From Felis catus (Eukaryota), in the NCBI RefSeq assembly GCF_018350175.1, contig NC_058368.1, forward strand, positions 168,704,001-168,768,000: 64,000 nucleotides of DNA, written 5' to 3'. A model generated the notes under the pieces. That model had not been told where the DNA came from, ran no database searches, and saw only the letters and a program-made list of their open reading frames with translations. How positions within the stretch are numbered: the first letter of the stretch is position 1; each line of letters starts with the position of its first letter. Positions 51,907 through 64,000 of the stretch are shown one piece after another. A program made the translations under genes and the position numbers.

Positions 51907-52115
51907 AGGGGCGCCTGGGTAGCTCAGTTGGTTAAGCATCCAACTCTTAGTTTTGGCTCAGGTTGTCATTTCATGGTTTGAGCCCCGAGTTGGGTTCCGC
52001 GCTGATAGCACAGAGCCTGTATGGATTCTCTCTCTCTGCCCCTCTTCCTTGGCTCTCACTCGCTTGCTCTCTCTCTCTCTTTCTCAAAATAAATAAGTAA
52101 ATTTAAAAGAAAAAT
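51907..52115 (+). mobile_element. Can-SINE
   Basis: TSD aaaac(t/a)gcatagttaag. Confidence 0.9.
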
Positions 52116-53721
52116 AAAACAGCATAGTTAAGAAATAAGATTATTCAGATAGACTAATGGAGAAGAATAGCCCAAAGAAGCTCCTATTTATATAGGATGC
52201 TAATATAGGAATATGAGTATTTAAGGTGAACAAAATTATTCTATACATTTGATAGGTACTGATTTAGATCTTAAGGTCATACCACATAAAAAGTAAATTT
52301 CAAATGTATTACTCAAATTAAAAAAATAAAGGCACAAAATATGAGTGAACATTTTTCTGTGTTGGAAAACAAACTGAATTAAAAATCTGAGTAAAAACCG
52401 GGAATTTGTGCTGCAAATATGGCAAAGGATTAATTTTTTTAAATGTAGAAGTGAGTCACCTAAATTGGTTTATAAAATAGTAAAGTACCTATTATAAGTG
52501 GGAAAAGAATATCAATAAGAAATTCATAATAGAGAAAATGTAAAGTTTAATAAAAATACTGGAAAAAATTTCAACTCCACTAATAATGAAAATAATGATT
52601 AAGAAATGCAATTAGAAAATAATGATTTACTTAATTTGCCTGTCACTATCCAGAATGGCCTCCTTCCAACCTGTTCTCCATACTCCAAAGTCATCTCTTA
52701 AAATTTCAAACAAGAACAAATCTGGTTATATTGAGCCCCTCAGAATGGCTTTAATGACTTCTTATGACTTTTAGTCTAAAAACCAGTGTCTCTAAATGGC
52801 CTTCCTAAAGGCCTTATGTTGTTTGGTCCCAACTGTGGACTCTGACCAATCAGAATGGACACTGGTCATAACCACCAGGTGTGTCTCCATGGAAGGAAGA
52901 ACAGAAAAAGAAACGAAGATATAAGATGTGAAGGCCTGAGAGAAAAATCTTGGGGGCAGTTCAGGGGCTGATTGTATTAATCTAGTTAAAGAACAAGTTA
53001 TTGGAGAAGGTAGTAAGAGTTTTATAAGAAGCTATCAAGTGTGGTCTGAAATCACACAGATGCAGCAATTCTCTTTGCTAAGCCCCAAGTTAGGAATGGT
53101 AGAATGATGCTGAAGGTAAGCACGAGTAAGCATCATTGGAGATGAAGGCATCCAAAGAACTCTGAGACTTTGGGCATAAAAATTCATGATAATGTTAGGT
53201 ATTGCAAAGACCTCAGTAAATGAGGGCGAGTGTCTGAGAGGCCAGTAGATTATAGCATTGAGAGTGAAAATGCCCTGGCTTCATTTATGCTGTTGTTATA
53301 AATACTTCATCTCTTATAATTATTTTCTCTTTAGTAATTAGAGATGCTGGTGCTTAACACAGTACCTGGCAAAGAGTAGATGCATAAATTTTTCTTCAAT
53401 ATGCCTGATGTTGTAAAATGGAACTATCAGCGGTTAGATTCCAGTTTTTAGAAAAATGCTGGGCTCTGTTTTTGCATATTTTGGTTATAAGCATGAAACC
53501 GAACAAAACACCTACTCACATAATGTAGAGGGGCCAATTATTCCAGAATATGTTTTAGAAAGTAATAAAGTCTTTATAACACTGATGGAAAGGAAAGAAT
53601 GCAGAGAAATAGCCTTGGCTAGTGTATTTATCACTTGTAGATTGGTGAAGGCAAAAAATTTAGTATTTTGAATCATTTAAGCAGGGCCAACATGCATTAT
53701 GTCCTCAATAATATCTTAGTC

Positions 53722-54320
53722 ACTACAACCATTTGGAAAAACTATTTGGCAATACCTACTAAAAACAGACATGCACACACCCTGTATCCCAGTACATCGA
53801 CTCCTGGGCATAGATCCAATAAAAATGAATGCATATATTACCCAAAAGTCATGTACAAGAATATTCACAGGAGCACTATTTATAATAGACTCAAACTGGA
53901 AGCTGCCAAATGTCAACAGTAGAATAGATAAGTAGTAGAATATTTACCCAGTGTAATATTCTGCAGTAATAAGAATGAGCAAATTAAAACTACATATAGC
54001 AGTATGGATGAATCTTAAAAACTTAATATCGAGTGAAAGATACCAGACAATATGTATTTTGTGATTTCATTTATCTGGAGTTCAAAAATAGGCCAAACTA
54101 ATCGATGATATTAGAATTTAGGATAGTGGTTATCCTTGTTGGGGTGGGGGGTGGGTGACTGAAAGGCATACAGAAGGCTTCTGGAATACAAAAATGACTT
54201 GTTTTTTGATCTGTGTTCTGGTTACAGGGACCTTTTCAATCTGAAAAATTCATAAACTGTACACTTTGATTTGTATACCCTGTTGTATACATCTTGTACT
54301 TCAACCAAATATTTCAGAAA
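53722..54320 (+). mobile_element. Old L1M (L1MC/ME-like) 3' fragment
   Basis: Motifs tggaaaaactatttggc, atgtacaagaatattcacag.agcactatttataatag..aaactgg and atggatgaatctta..gagtgaaaga.accagaca. Confidence 0.75.
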
Positions 54321-55811
54321 AATATTGTTCCAATTTAGCATGGGACCAATATGAAAGCATGCTCAACTCTATATGTATATGTTAGTTTTTGTCTCTGTGT
54401 TATGCTGTTTATGGCTCTTTTCAGAATTACTTGGAAGGAGGGGGAGTGCTTAAGTTACACAGGCCATCCTTTTATCTCCCTGTCACCCATTCCCTTCCCA
54501 TATAATGATATTTCTTCTGGGACCATACACCTCCCTCCCTTCCTTTCTCTTTTCTTAACAGGCTGTGGTTAACTATGTTTGTTGAGAAAGTGTTGTGTCT
54601 TTCAAGTCTCTTGGGTTGAAAAAAGTTCGCTTGAGGATTATTGGGAAAAGGATGTTGCCTTAAACTCTTTTAAATTCTGAATGCCTCTTGGAAAAGTAGC
54701 CTATTAAGCATTGCCAGATATTAATATGTACCTCAAATCAGGGGCTTAGAGAGCTGAAGAAAGTGGGAGTCACCTTGAAAAGTGGGTAGTGCAAGCATGG
54801 TAGTTCTAATACAGGCAGCCTAGTGACTGGGAGTGGTATTTGAAAGGAAAGTTAGAGATTGCTGAACATGAATTTAGTCTATTTCATAATTTTGTCTAAG
54901 CCTGGCTCTTCCCTTTTCGAAAGTGCTTTAGGTTGAGAAAAGTATGTGGACAAAAAATAGAACAGAGAATGCTAAGGAAAGGGTCTTAAAATGTTGGAAA
55001 GGAGAACTGACTTCTTATAGCCAGGAATGTGAGGGGGCTACAGGTGAAAACAAATGGGCTTAGCAAGGGCAAGAGGGATATGGAGAAGGTGGGTAACTTG
55101 GGGAGGTAATTGAAATGAAGTAGGCTATAGATTATGAAGGGTGGCTAGTTTCAGAAGTCAGTGGCCAAAGGACTAAGAACAGGATTGGTAGAGATTGAAG
55201 GTCTGGCAGAATCCAATGAGATCCCACTTGGTAAGAAAAAGCTTTAGTTGTCTTTTGAGAAATTTAATTAATCTGATAGTCACTAGAATCTTCGTTGTTC
55301 CAAATAGACAGAAGGTACTGAAACTCTGGCAGTTCAAATGATTTGTGTTCTTTTTTCTTTTCTTTTTTACATATTAGATCCAGTCTCTATGGAGCCAGAT
55401 CATTGTTCTTATCCCACAAAGGAGTTTTTTGTTTTTGAAAAAGGGATAATTTAGGCTCTTCTAATTAAAACTTGATTTTGGAGGAAATTCCTGTTTCCCT
55501 CCATCCTTTGTCTCTAAGGCTGTTAAGGAATAATCAAGAAAGGAAAAAAAGAGAGATCTGATGAGGGGAGAACAGAAATGAGAAACAGATGAGGGGAAGA
55601 AGCTGAATAGAGGTGAAGAACATGAAAGGTAAAGAACTGAAGAGACAAAAGAAAATACGGAAATAAGAGGTAGGTCAAAGTTGAAAGAGAAAGGGACTAG
55701 GAAAAAACAGCTGACAGAGGAGAGCACATGAATTTAAAATAAAATAAAAATATTGAAGCAAGCTAACTTAAGTGTGTCAAAATTTTTGCTTTAAATAGTT
55801 CAGTAAAATCT

Positions 55812-55992
55812 GGGGTGCCTGGGTGGCTCAGTTGGTTAAGCGTCTGACTTCAGCTCAGGTCATGATCTCGTCTGTGCTGACAGCTCAGAGCCTGGAGCCT
55901 GCTTTGGATTGTGTGTCTCCCTCTCTCTCTGCCCCTCCCCTGCTCACACTCTCTGTCTCTCTCTCAAAAATAAAGAAACATTAAAAAAAAAA
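55812..55992 (+). mobile_element. Can-SINE with the B-box region deleted
   Basis: Junction catgatctcg|tctgtgctgac. TSD aaatagttcagt(a/g)aa(a/g)tct. Confidence 0.9.
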
Positions 55993-57494
55993 ATAGTTCA
56001 GTGAAGTCTATCAGTGGATACAATTTGTGGTTCAGATACTTAGTAAAATTCATTCTCATATTTTCAAGTTTTAAGTCAAGAGCCAAATTATACTAACTTA
56101 AGAAAATTGGTTTCTATCTAGTTATTTGATTAACACTAAATTAAGTTATTCATTACCAAATGTTTTTATTGGGTGGTATTTAAGAGGAAAATGTTACAGT
56201 GGAACATTTTGATGTTAACTTTAATAATGTAGTCCCTCCCAACAGAAATCTGAAATATCATAATTTATTATGGCATTTGTGGATAGAATGTATGGATGAG
56301 TATAGATTTTCATTATACATATAGTTACTTCAATTTGCTATTATGTCAGTTATTTAGATAGAGCTTATGTTAGCAATGTTTAATTATTGCAGATATCTAT
56401 ACTTTTTGATATTGTGAGCCTTTTTCAGTTTTATTATAAAATATTCATAGTCTTCGGCATTTATTAGTCTTCAGTGCAAGTGTACTATTAGAAAAAAATT
56501 TGCTAGATAACTCTTATCACGTTCACTCATGGTTAGAGAATATAGATGAAATTCAAATAATCTTGAAAACTCTTAGTGAGATCGCTTTTTGTCCTCCTTT
56601 TGTGCCTACTAGAATTATGTAGACTTTTTGTAACTATAATCAGTTTCATATCATAATTGATCATGTTTTCAAGGATTTAGTTTCTAAACTTAAAACTAAA
56701 AAAAATTAATTGAACATGGGCTTCTATATTTTGATCAGGTGGTCTTTTTAATATGATACAATGAGTATTTTATATCATCTTTTATTTGTATAGTTGTCAT
56801 TTATTAAACATGTATTTAATCAGAAAGGCTCTTTGCCAGTCTATTTTGATAATAATGAAAGTGATGAGGTTTCTTTTTTTTTATTTTAGAGACTAATGGT
56901 ATAGATATACTATTCAAACATGTTGATTTTGACTTTGCACTAGCTATTGCCCTCACCAAGGGAATACCTATGTACTTTGTAGCATCTTATGATAGCGTAC
57001 AATTTAGAGGTCTCCTTTTAATTTAGTGATTCCTTATTATAATTGAAAAATAGTGCTAGGGAATTATTTCTATTCTGAAAGATATACCATGCTTTTAAGG
57101 TGATGGAGCAAATTGTGCAAATACCTAAGATATTTGGTTTATGAGAAGTAAAACCAAAATGGGCTAGACATACTGTGAAACAACACTGGTCTTTTGTTCT
57201 CCTTAAGAATTTGAGACCTAATTTACTTTGTGTCTGCATTTCCTGATAGCTTTCTTGGGTGATCTTCAGGGATGTTGCATCTTTACCAGCTCCCAAGGTC
57301 AAAGTCAGGGACAGCTTTGACTTTTAGCAGTACTACAACATGATTTGGGATTCAAATGATAAAAACCAAAGAACATGAGGGAGTCTTTCTGTGTCCTTCC
57401 AGTTTTCTGTATAGCTCTTCAACTGATTGGCAGGAATTGAAAAAGAGCTAAAGCTTTAGGGTTCAGCAGTATCCTTTCTGAGAAAAGCAGCCCA

Positions 57495-57678
57495 GGGGTA
57501 CCTGGGTGGCTCAGTGGGTTGGGAATCCAACTCTTGATTTTGGCTCAGCTCTTGAGCTGAGGATTGTGGAGTTGGGTTCTGCACTGAGCATGGAGCCTGC
57601 TTGGGATTATCTCTTTTTCTCTGAAAAACAAACAAACAAAAAAGAGCCTTTAAAATTTTTTTTTTTTTAAATAAAAAA
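57495..57678 (+). mobile_element. Older Can-SINE
   Basis: Diverged SINE. TSD gcagccca. Confidence 0.82.
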
Positions 57679-58452
57679 GGCAGCCCATTAGAATGACCAT
57701 GTGTAGGGGAGTTAAAGTGGCAGGGAGCATGATGTCACCAATTATAGGTTATCAGGTTTATGTCTTAAACTGTTAGGAGAAAAGTCTGTTAGCTCTGGAA
57801 ATGTGTAAATGGCAGGTTACAAGGCTTTTCGTATAGATTTATATTTGCTCATTTATGTGCTTGTGTTCATTCACTCATTCATTCATTTTCTGCCTCAGTC
57901 CCCTGAGTATTTGAGGTAGCTAATGCTAACAAAATTCAGCAAAATATAAACAGAAACTAAAATGAGAACCAGGAAAAATAGAGGTTGTAACACGTTATCA
58001 AGACTGGGAGAAAGACTATATAGATCATAGCATGTAGTTACTACACTTGAGCTATTATTTTGTCTCTAAGCTTCCCAAAGGCCAAAATGAAAAAGGAGAT
58101 TAAGTCATATAACACTTACTCTTAAATAAAAGAAAGCATGTCACATTGAAGGGGAAGCACAGCTTTTCATTGCGTTTAGCTCTAATAGAATTTCCTACTG
58201 GAGGCTTTAACACTGACTTCTCAGTGACAGTGCCCTTGACAGTATCACCACAGCTAATGCAGGAGGGAGATTCATAACACCATCTCTTGCAGAATCTAGA
58301 ATCCCTCAGTGGAGATGGAGGCCCTAACACCGAAATCAGTTCTGTGGGGGTCTAAGAATACAGCTGTTTATACACTGATTTCATCCAAGAAGTATTTGTT
58401 TGAAGGTGAATGTGTAAGATCAGAAGAATTTACTAGTAAATTTGTTAGCTGA

Positions 58453-58680
58453 TTTTTATTTTTTATTTTTTTAAATTTTTTTTAACGTTTATTTTTGAGA
58501 CAGAGAGAGACAGAGCATGAACGGGGGAGGGGCAGAGAGAGGGAGACACAGAATTTGAAACAGGCTCCAGGCTCTGAGCTGTCAGCACAGAGCCCGACGC
58601 GGGGCTCAAACTCACAGACCGCGAGATCGTGACCTGAGCTGAAGTCGGCGGCTTAACCGACTGAGCCACCCAGGCGCCCC
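58453..58680 (-). mobile_element. Can-SINE
   Basis: CpG-rich reverse SINE. TSD ttagct(g/a)attttt. Confidence 0.93.
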
Positions 58681-59077
58681 TATTAGCTAATTTTTTTAAA
58701 AAAATTGAAAGCCTGTTCTTTGAAAGTTTTTGGAAATGTTTTATATATGAAGGTAATTTGTATATGTTTGTGAAAATATAACCCTCATAAAATTATTCAA
58801 ACCTTATTTCCTGTTATGGTTAAAAAATATTACTGATGATTAAAGGGAAGTTATCAGTGTCAAACTTCAACTTTTGCTTGCAATTTTTATGATATACTGT
58901 ACTTATTAATGTCATGCTGTTTCCACCTTAATTTCACTTTGTAATTTCTTTTGTTGGGTTTAGGTGTGGTCACTCTTTGTGCAGACTTTAAAGATAGGTA
59001 GTTAAAGAGGGCTACAAATCTACTGTATGAAACGTATTCCATTTTGGAGGGAGTTGTTTTCTTTTTCCCTTTGTTTC

Positions 59078-59111
59078 TTTTTTTTTAAGGTTTATTTTAT
59101 TGTTTTACTAT

Positions 59112-59150
<39 letters not shown>

Positions 59151-59323
59151 TTTTTGAGAGAGAGTATGAGTAGGGAAGGGACAGAGAGAGAGGGGGACAG
59201 AGGATCTGAAGTGGGCTCTGCGCTGACAACAGCAAGCCTGATGAGGGGCTCCAACTCACAAACCGTGAGATCATGACCTGAGCCAAAGTCGGATATTCAA
59301 CCTACTGAGCCACCTGGGTCCTC
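59078..59323 (-). mobile_element. Can-SINE with (TTTA)n tail
   Basis: TSD gagggagt(t/a)gttttct. Confidence 0.9.
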
Positions 59324-60148
59324 CAGAGGGAGTAGTTTTCTAAACAATATGATAAAAATTTATTGCAATTCAAAATTTAAAAGTTTTCAAAAGATCAAAA
59401 GACACCTGATTCGGGTCATTAATAGTTGGCAGTGTAAAGCCTCTAATATGTCATTTAAAGAAAATTACTAAAAGGAGCTGTGTGCTAGACATAAAATATT
59501 GTTATTGGCAAATAATACTGTAGGGAAGGTGCTATTCCTACATTTCATATGAGAATATTGAAGCTTAAAGAGGTTAAGCAATCTGTTCAGAATCAGAGTG
59601 ACAGATTCAAACTCAAAATTTTCGGACAGTGTAACCTAAATTCTATCTGAACAGTGACTTGTAGTCAGAGACAAATTAGTTCAAATCCTCTCTTTGATAT
59701 TAAATATATGACCACAGGCAGAGTTATGCAATCCTTCTGAGCTCAGTTTCCTTATAGGTAAAATGTGGCAAGTCATAGAAACTTCACAGAATTATTTTGG
59801 AAATTAATGAGATAATGTTTGTATAAATTAGCAGAGTGCCTGGCATGTAATTAAACTCAATAAATAGCTATAAGGAAAGGATAAGTTACCATGATATCTC
59901 CTAAGTGAGTTTTTTCAGTATATTTAGGTTGGAAGCTATATTTCACTTTAACATATTGTAATTCTTTTTCATAATATAATACTTAAAGATAAGAAATTAC
60001 CAGACCTAAAGCTAAGAAATTACCAGCAGGTGGAGCTCAGTGTCAGAGAAACCAAATTTCTGAAATTGGGATATTTTTCACTTTCTGTTTTAAAAATAAA
60101 ACTAAATAAATGCGTATCGTTTTGAAATGTATATGTGAAAGTCTTCTA

Positions 60149-63100
60149 TTTTTTTTTATTTTTTTTATATGAAATTTATTGACAAATTAGTTTCCATACA
60201 ACACCCAGTGCTCATCCCAAAAGGTGCCCTCCTCAATACCCATCACCCACCCTCTCCTCCCTCCCACCCCCCATCAACCCTCAGTTTGTTCTCAGTTTTT
60301 AACAGTCTCTTATGCTTTGGCTCTCTCCCACTCTAACCTCTTTTTTTTTTTCTTTCCTTCCCCTCCCCCATGGGTTCCTGTTAAGTTTCTCAGGATCCAC
60401 ATAAGAGTGAAACCATATGGTATCTGTCTTTCTCTGTATGGCTTATTTCACTTAGCATCACACTCTCCGGTTCCATCCACGTTGCTACAAAAGGCCATAT
60501 TTCATTTTTTCTCATTGCCACGTAATATTCCATTGTGTATATAAACCACAATTTCTTTATCCATTCATCAGTTGATGGAAATTTAGGCTCTTTCCATAAT
60601 TTGGCTATTGTTGAGAGTGCTGCTATGAACATTGGGGTACAGGTGGCCCTATGCATCAGTACTCCTGTATCCCTTGGGTAAATTCCTAGCAGTGCTATTG
60701 CTGGGTCATAGGGTAGGTCTATTTTTAATTTTCTGAGGAACCTCCACACTGCTTTCCAGAGCGGCTGCACCAATTTGCATTCCCACCAACAGTGCAAGAG
60801 GGTTCCCGTTTCTCCACATCCTCTCCAGCATCTATAGTCTCCTGTTTGTTCATTTTGGCCACTCTGACTGGCGTGAGGTGATACCTGAGTGTGGTTTTGA
60901 TTTGTATTTCCCTGATAAGGAGCGACGCTGAACATCTTTTCATGTGCCTGTTGGCCATCCGGATGTCTTCTTTAGAGAAGTGTCTATTCATGTTTTCTGC
61001 CCATTTCTTCACTGGGTTATTTGTTTTTCGGGTGTGGAGTTTGGTGAGCTCTTTATAGATTTTGGATACTAGCCCTTTGTCCGATATGTCATTTGCGAAT
61101 ATCTTTTCTCATTCCGTTGGTTGCCTTTTAGTTTTGTTGGTTGTTTCCTTTGCTGTGCAGAAACTTTTTATCTTCATAAGGTCCCAGTAATTCACTTTTG
61201 CTTTTAATTCCCTTGCCTTTGGGGATGTGTCGAGTAAGAGATTGCTACGGCTGAGGTCAGAGAGGTCTTTTCCCGCTTTCTCCTCTAGGGTTTTGATGGT
61301 TTCCTGTCTCACATTTAGGTCCTTTATCCATTTGGAGTTTATTTTTGTGAATGGTGTGAGGAAGTGGTCTAGTTTCAACCTTCTGCATGTTGCTGTCCAG
61401 TTCTCCCAGCACCATTTGTTAAAGAGGCTGTCTTTTTTCCATTGGATGTTCTTTCCTGCTTTGTCAAAGATGAGTTGGCCATACATTTGTGGGTCTAGTT
61501 CTGGGGTTTCTATTCTATTCCATTGGTCTATGTGTGTGTTTTTGTGCCAATACCATGCTGTCTTGATGATGACAGCTTTGTAGTAGAGGCTAAAGTCTCG
61601 GATTGTGATGCCTCCTGCTTTAGTCCTCTTCTTCAAAATTACTTTGGCTATTCATGGCTCCTTACACGAATATACTTTGGTCTTTTGTGGTTCCATACAA
61701 ATTTTAGGATTGCTTATTCTAGCTTTGAGAAGAATGCTGGTGCAATTTTGATTGGGATTGCATTGAATGTGTAGATAGCTTTGGGTAGTATTGACATTTT
61801 AACAATATTTATTCTTCCAGTCCATGAGCATGGAATGTTTTTCCATTTCTTTGTATCTTCTTCATTTTCCTTCATAAGCTTTCTATAGTTTTCAGCATAC
61901 AGATCCTTTACATCGTTGGTTAGATTTATTCCTAGGTATTTTATGCTTCTTGGTGCAATTGTGAATGGGATCAGTTTCTTTATTTGTCTTTCTGTTGCTT
62001 CATTGTTAGTGTATAAGAATGCAACTGATTTCTGTACATTGATTTTGTATCCTGCAACTTTGCTGAATTCCTGTATCAGTTCTAGCAGACTTTTGGTGGA
62101 GTCTATCAGATTTTCCATGTATAATATCATGTCATCTGCAAAAAGCGAAAGCTTGACTTCATCTTTGCCAATTTTGATGCCTTTGATTTCCTTTTGTTGT
62201 CTGATTGCTGATGCTAGAACTTCCAGCACTATGTTAAACAGCAGCGGTGAGAGTGGGCATCCTTGTCGTGTTCCTGATCTCAGGGAAAAAGCTCTCAGTT
62301 TTTCCCCATTGAAGATGATGTTAGCTGTGGGCTTTTCATAAATGGCTTTTATGATCTTTAAGTATGTTCCTTCTATCCCGACTTTCTCAAGGGTTTTTAT
62401 TAAGAAAGGATGCTGGATTTTGTCAAAGGCCTTTTCTGCATCGATTGACAGGATCATATGGTTCTTATCTTTTTTTTTTTGTTAATGTGATGTATCACGT
62501 TGATTAATTTGTGAATGTTGAACCAGCCCTGCATCCCAGGAATGAATCCCACTTGATCATGGTGAATAATTCTTTTTATATGCCGTTGAATTCGATTTGC
62601 TAGTATCTTATTGAGAATTTTTGCATCCATATTCATCAGGGATATTGGCCTGTAGTTCTCTTTTTTGACTGGGTCTCTGTCTGGTTTAGGAATCAAAGTA
62701 ATACTGGGTTCATAGAATGAGTCTGGAAGTTTTCCTTCCCTTTCTATTTCTTGGAATAGCTTGAGAAGGATAGGTATTATCTCTGCTTTAAACGTCTGGT
62801 AGAACTCCCCTGGGAAGCCATCTGGTCCTGGACTCTTATTTGTTGGGAGATTTTTGATAACCGATTCAATTTCTTCGCTGGTTATGGGTCTGTTCAAGCT
62901 TTCTATTTCCTCCTGATTGAGTTTTGGAAGAGTGTGGGTGTTCAGGAATTTGTCCATTTCTTCCAGGTTGTCCAATTTGTTGGCATATAATTTTTCATAG
63001 TATTCCCTGATAATTGTTTGTATCTCTGAGGGATTGGTTGTAATAATTCCATTTTCATTCATGATTTTATCTGTTTGGGTCATCTCCCTTTTCTTTTTGA

Positions 63101-64000
63101 GAAGCCTGGCTAGAGGTTTGTCAATTTTGTTTCTTTTTTCAAAAAACCAACTCTTGGTTTCGTTGATCTGCTCTACAGTTTTTTTAGATTCTATATTGTT
63201 TATTTCTGCTCTGATCTTTATTATTTCTCTTCTTCTGCTGGGTTTGCGGTGTCTTTGCTGTTCTGCTTCTATTTCCTTTAGGTGTGCTGTTAGGTTTTGT
63301 ATTTGGGATTTTTCTTGTTTCTTGAGATAGGCCTGGATTGCAATGTATTTTCCTCTCAGGACTGCCTTCGCTGCGTCCCAAAGCATTTGGATTGTTGTAT
63401 TTTCATTTTCGTTTGTTTCCATATATTTTTTAATTTCTTCTCTAATTGCCTGGTTGACCCACTCATTCGTTAGTAGGGTGTTCTTTAACCTCCATGCTTT
63501 TGGAGGTTTTCCAGACTTTTTTCTGTGGTTGATTTCAAGCTTCATAGCATTGTGGTCTGAAAGTATGCATGGTATAATTTCAATTCCTGTAAACTTATGA
63601 AGGGCTGTTTTGTGACCCAGTATATGATCTATCTTGGAGAATGTTCCATGTGCACTCGAGAAGAAAGTATAGTCTGTTGCTTTGGGATGTAGAGTTCTAA
63701 ATATATCTGTCAAGTCCATCTGATCCAATGTCTCATTCAGGGCCCTTGTTTCTTTATTGACCATGTGTCTAGATGATCTATCCATTTCTGTAAGTGGGGT
63801 GTTAAAGTCCCCTGCAATTACCACATTCTTATCAATAAGGTTGCTTATGTTTATGAGTAATTGTTTTATATATTTGGGGGCTCCGGTATTCGGCGCATAG
63901 ACATTTATAATTGTTAGCTCTTCCTGATGGATAGACCCTGTAACTATTATATAATGTCCTTCTTCATCTCTTGTTACAGCCTTTAATTTAAAGTCTAGTT
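60149..64000 (-). mobile_element. Young felid LINE-1: disrupted ORF2, 3'UTR and poly(A); continues beyond the window
   Basis: ORF pieces contain the endonuclease motifs GDFN and SDH, RT motifs (QGCPLSP, FADD) and the C-terminal CWRGC..HCWWEC zinc knuckle. G-rich 3'UTR, AATAAA (60175-60180, minus strand) and A-tail at about 60149-60167. Confidence 0.97.

Noticed and set aside
55461..55727. Hydrophobic 88-aa ORF over a purine-rich tract
   Set aside because: Low-complexity GA-rich sequence with no splice or homology support.
1710..58669. Recurrent short ORFs such as MGQRETEHERGRGRERGRHRI.. and MAQSVK.PTSAQV..
   Set aside because: They are translations of Can-SINE copies, not a gene family or a repeat-array system.
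59985..60025. Duplicated taagaaattaccag (similar small duplications at about 11279 and 12308)
   Set aside because: Ordinary short tandem duplications with no further structure.
61227..63600. Plus-strand ORFs of 83-141 aa
   Set aside because: Antisense frames of L1 ORF2.
1..64000. CRISPR array, prokaryotic operon, NUMT or viral insert
   Set aside because: No regularly spaced repeat-spacer structure, no gene-dense segment and no recognisable mitochondrial or viral coding sequence.

Overview
This window is mammalian genomic DNA, most likely from a felid: it carries about 40 carnivore tRNA-derived Can-SINEs of SINEC_Fc type and a young cat-type L1. It lies inside the FER tyrosine kinase gene on the + strand. 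Five internal coding exons (5551-5734, 9123-9260, 10057-10176, 25963-26085, 39867-40056; about exons 6-10 in human numbering) have canonical AG/GT boundaries and splice into one open frame encoding the C-terminal F-BAR and FX region (about residues 161-412). The rest is intron filled with SINEs, L1, L2, MIR, MaLR LTRs and hAT fossils. These include a near-complete Cheshire-like hAT transposon at 16807-20148 and a young but inactivated antisense L1 from 60149 to the window end. Almost all ORF-track entries are SINE or L1 artefacts. I found no evidence of a new multi-gene system. The most unusual signals are two orphan insertions of non-cognate DNA: about 600 bp with an A-tail inside the hAT transposase, and about 200 bp between direct repeats inside a SINE. 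There are also several template-switch scars, an AT-rich palindrome, and splice and poly(A) features that could yield FER variants. Repeat family names and human comparisons are from memory, and repeat boundaries are approximate.
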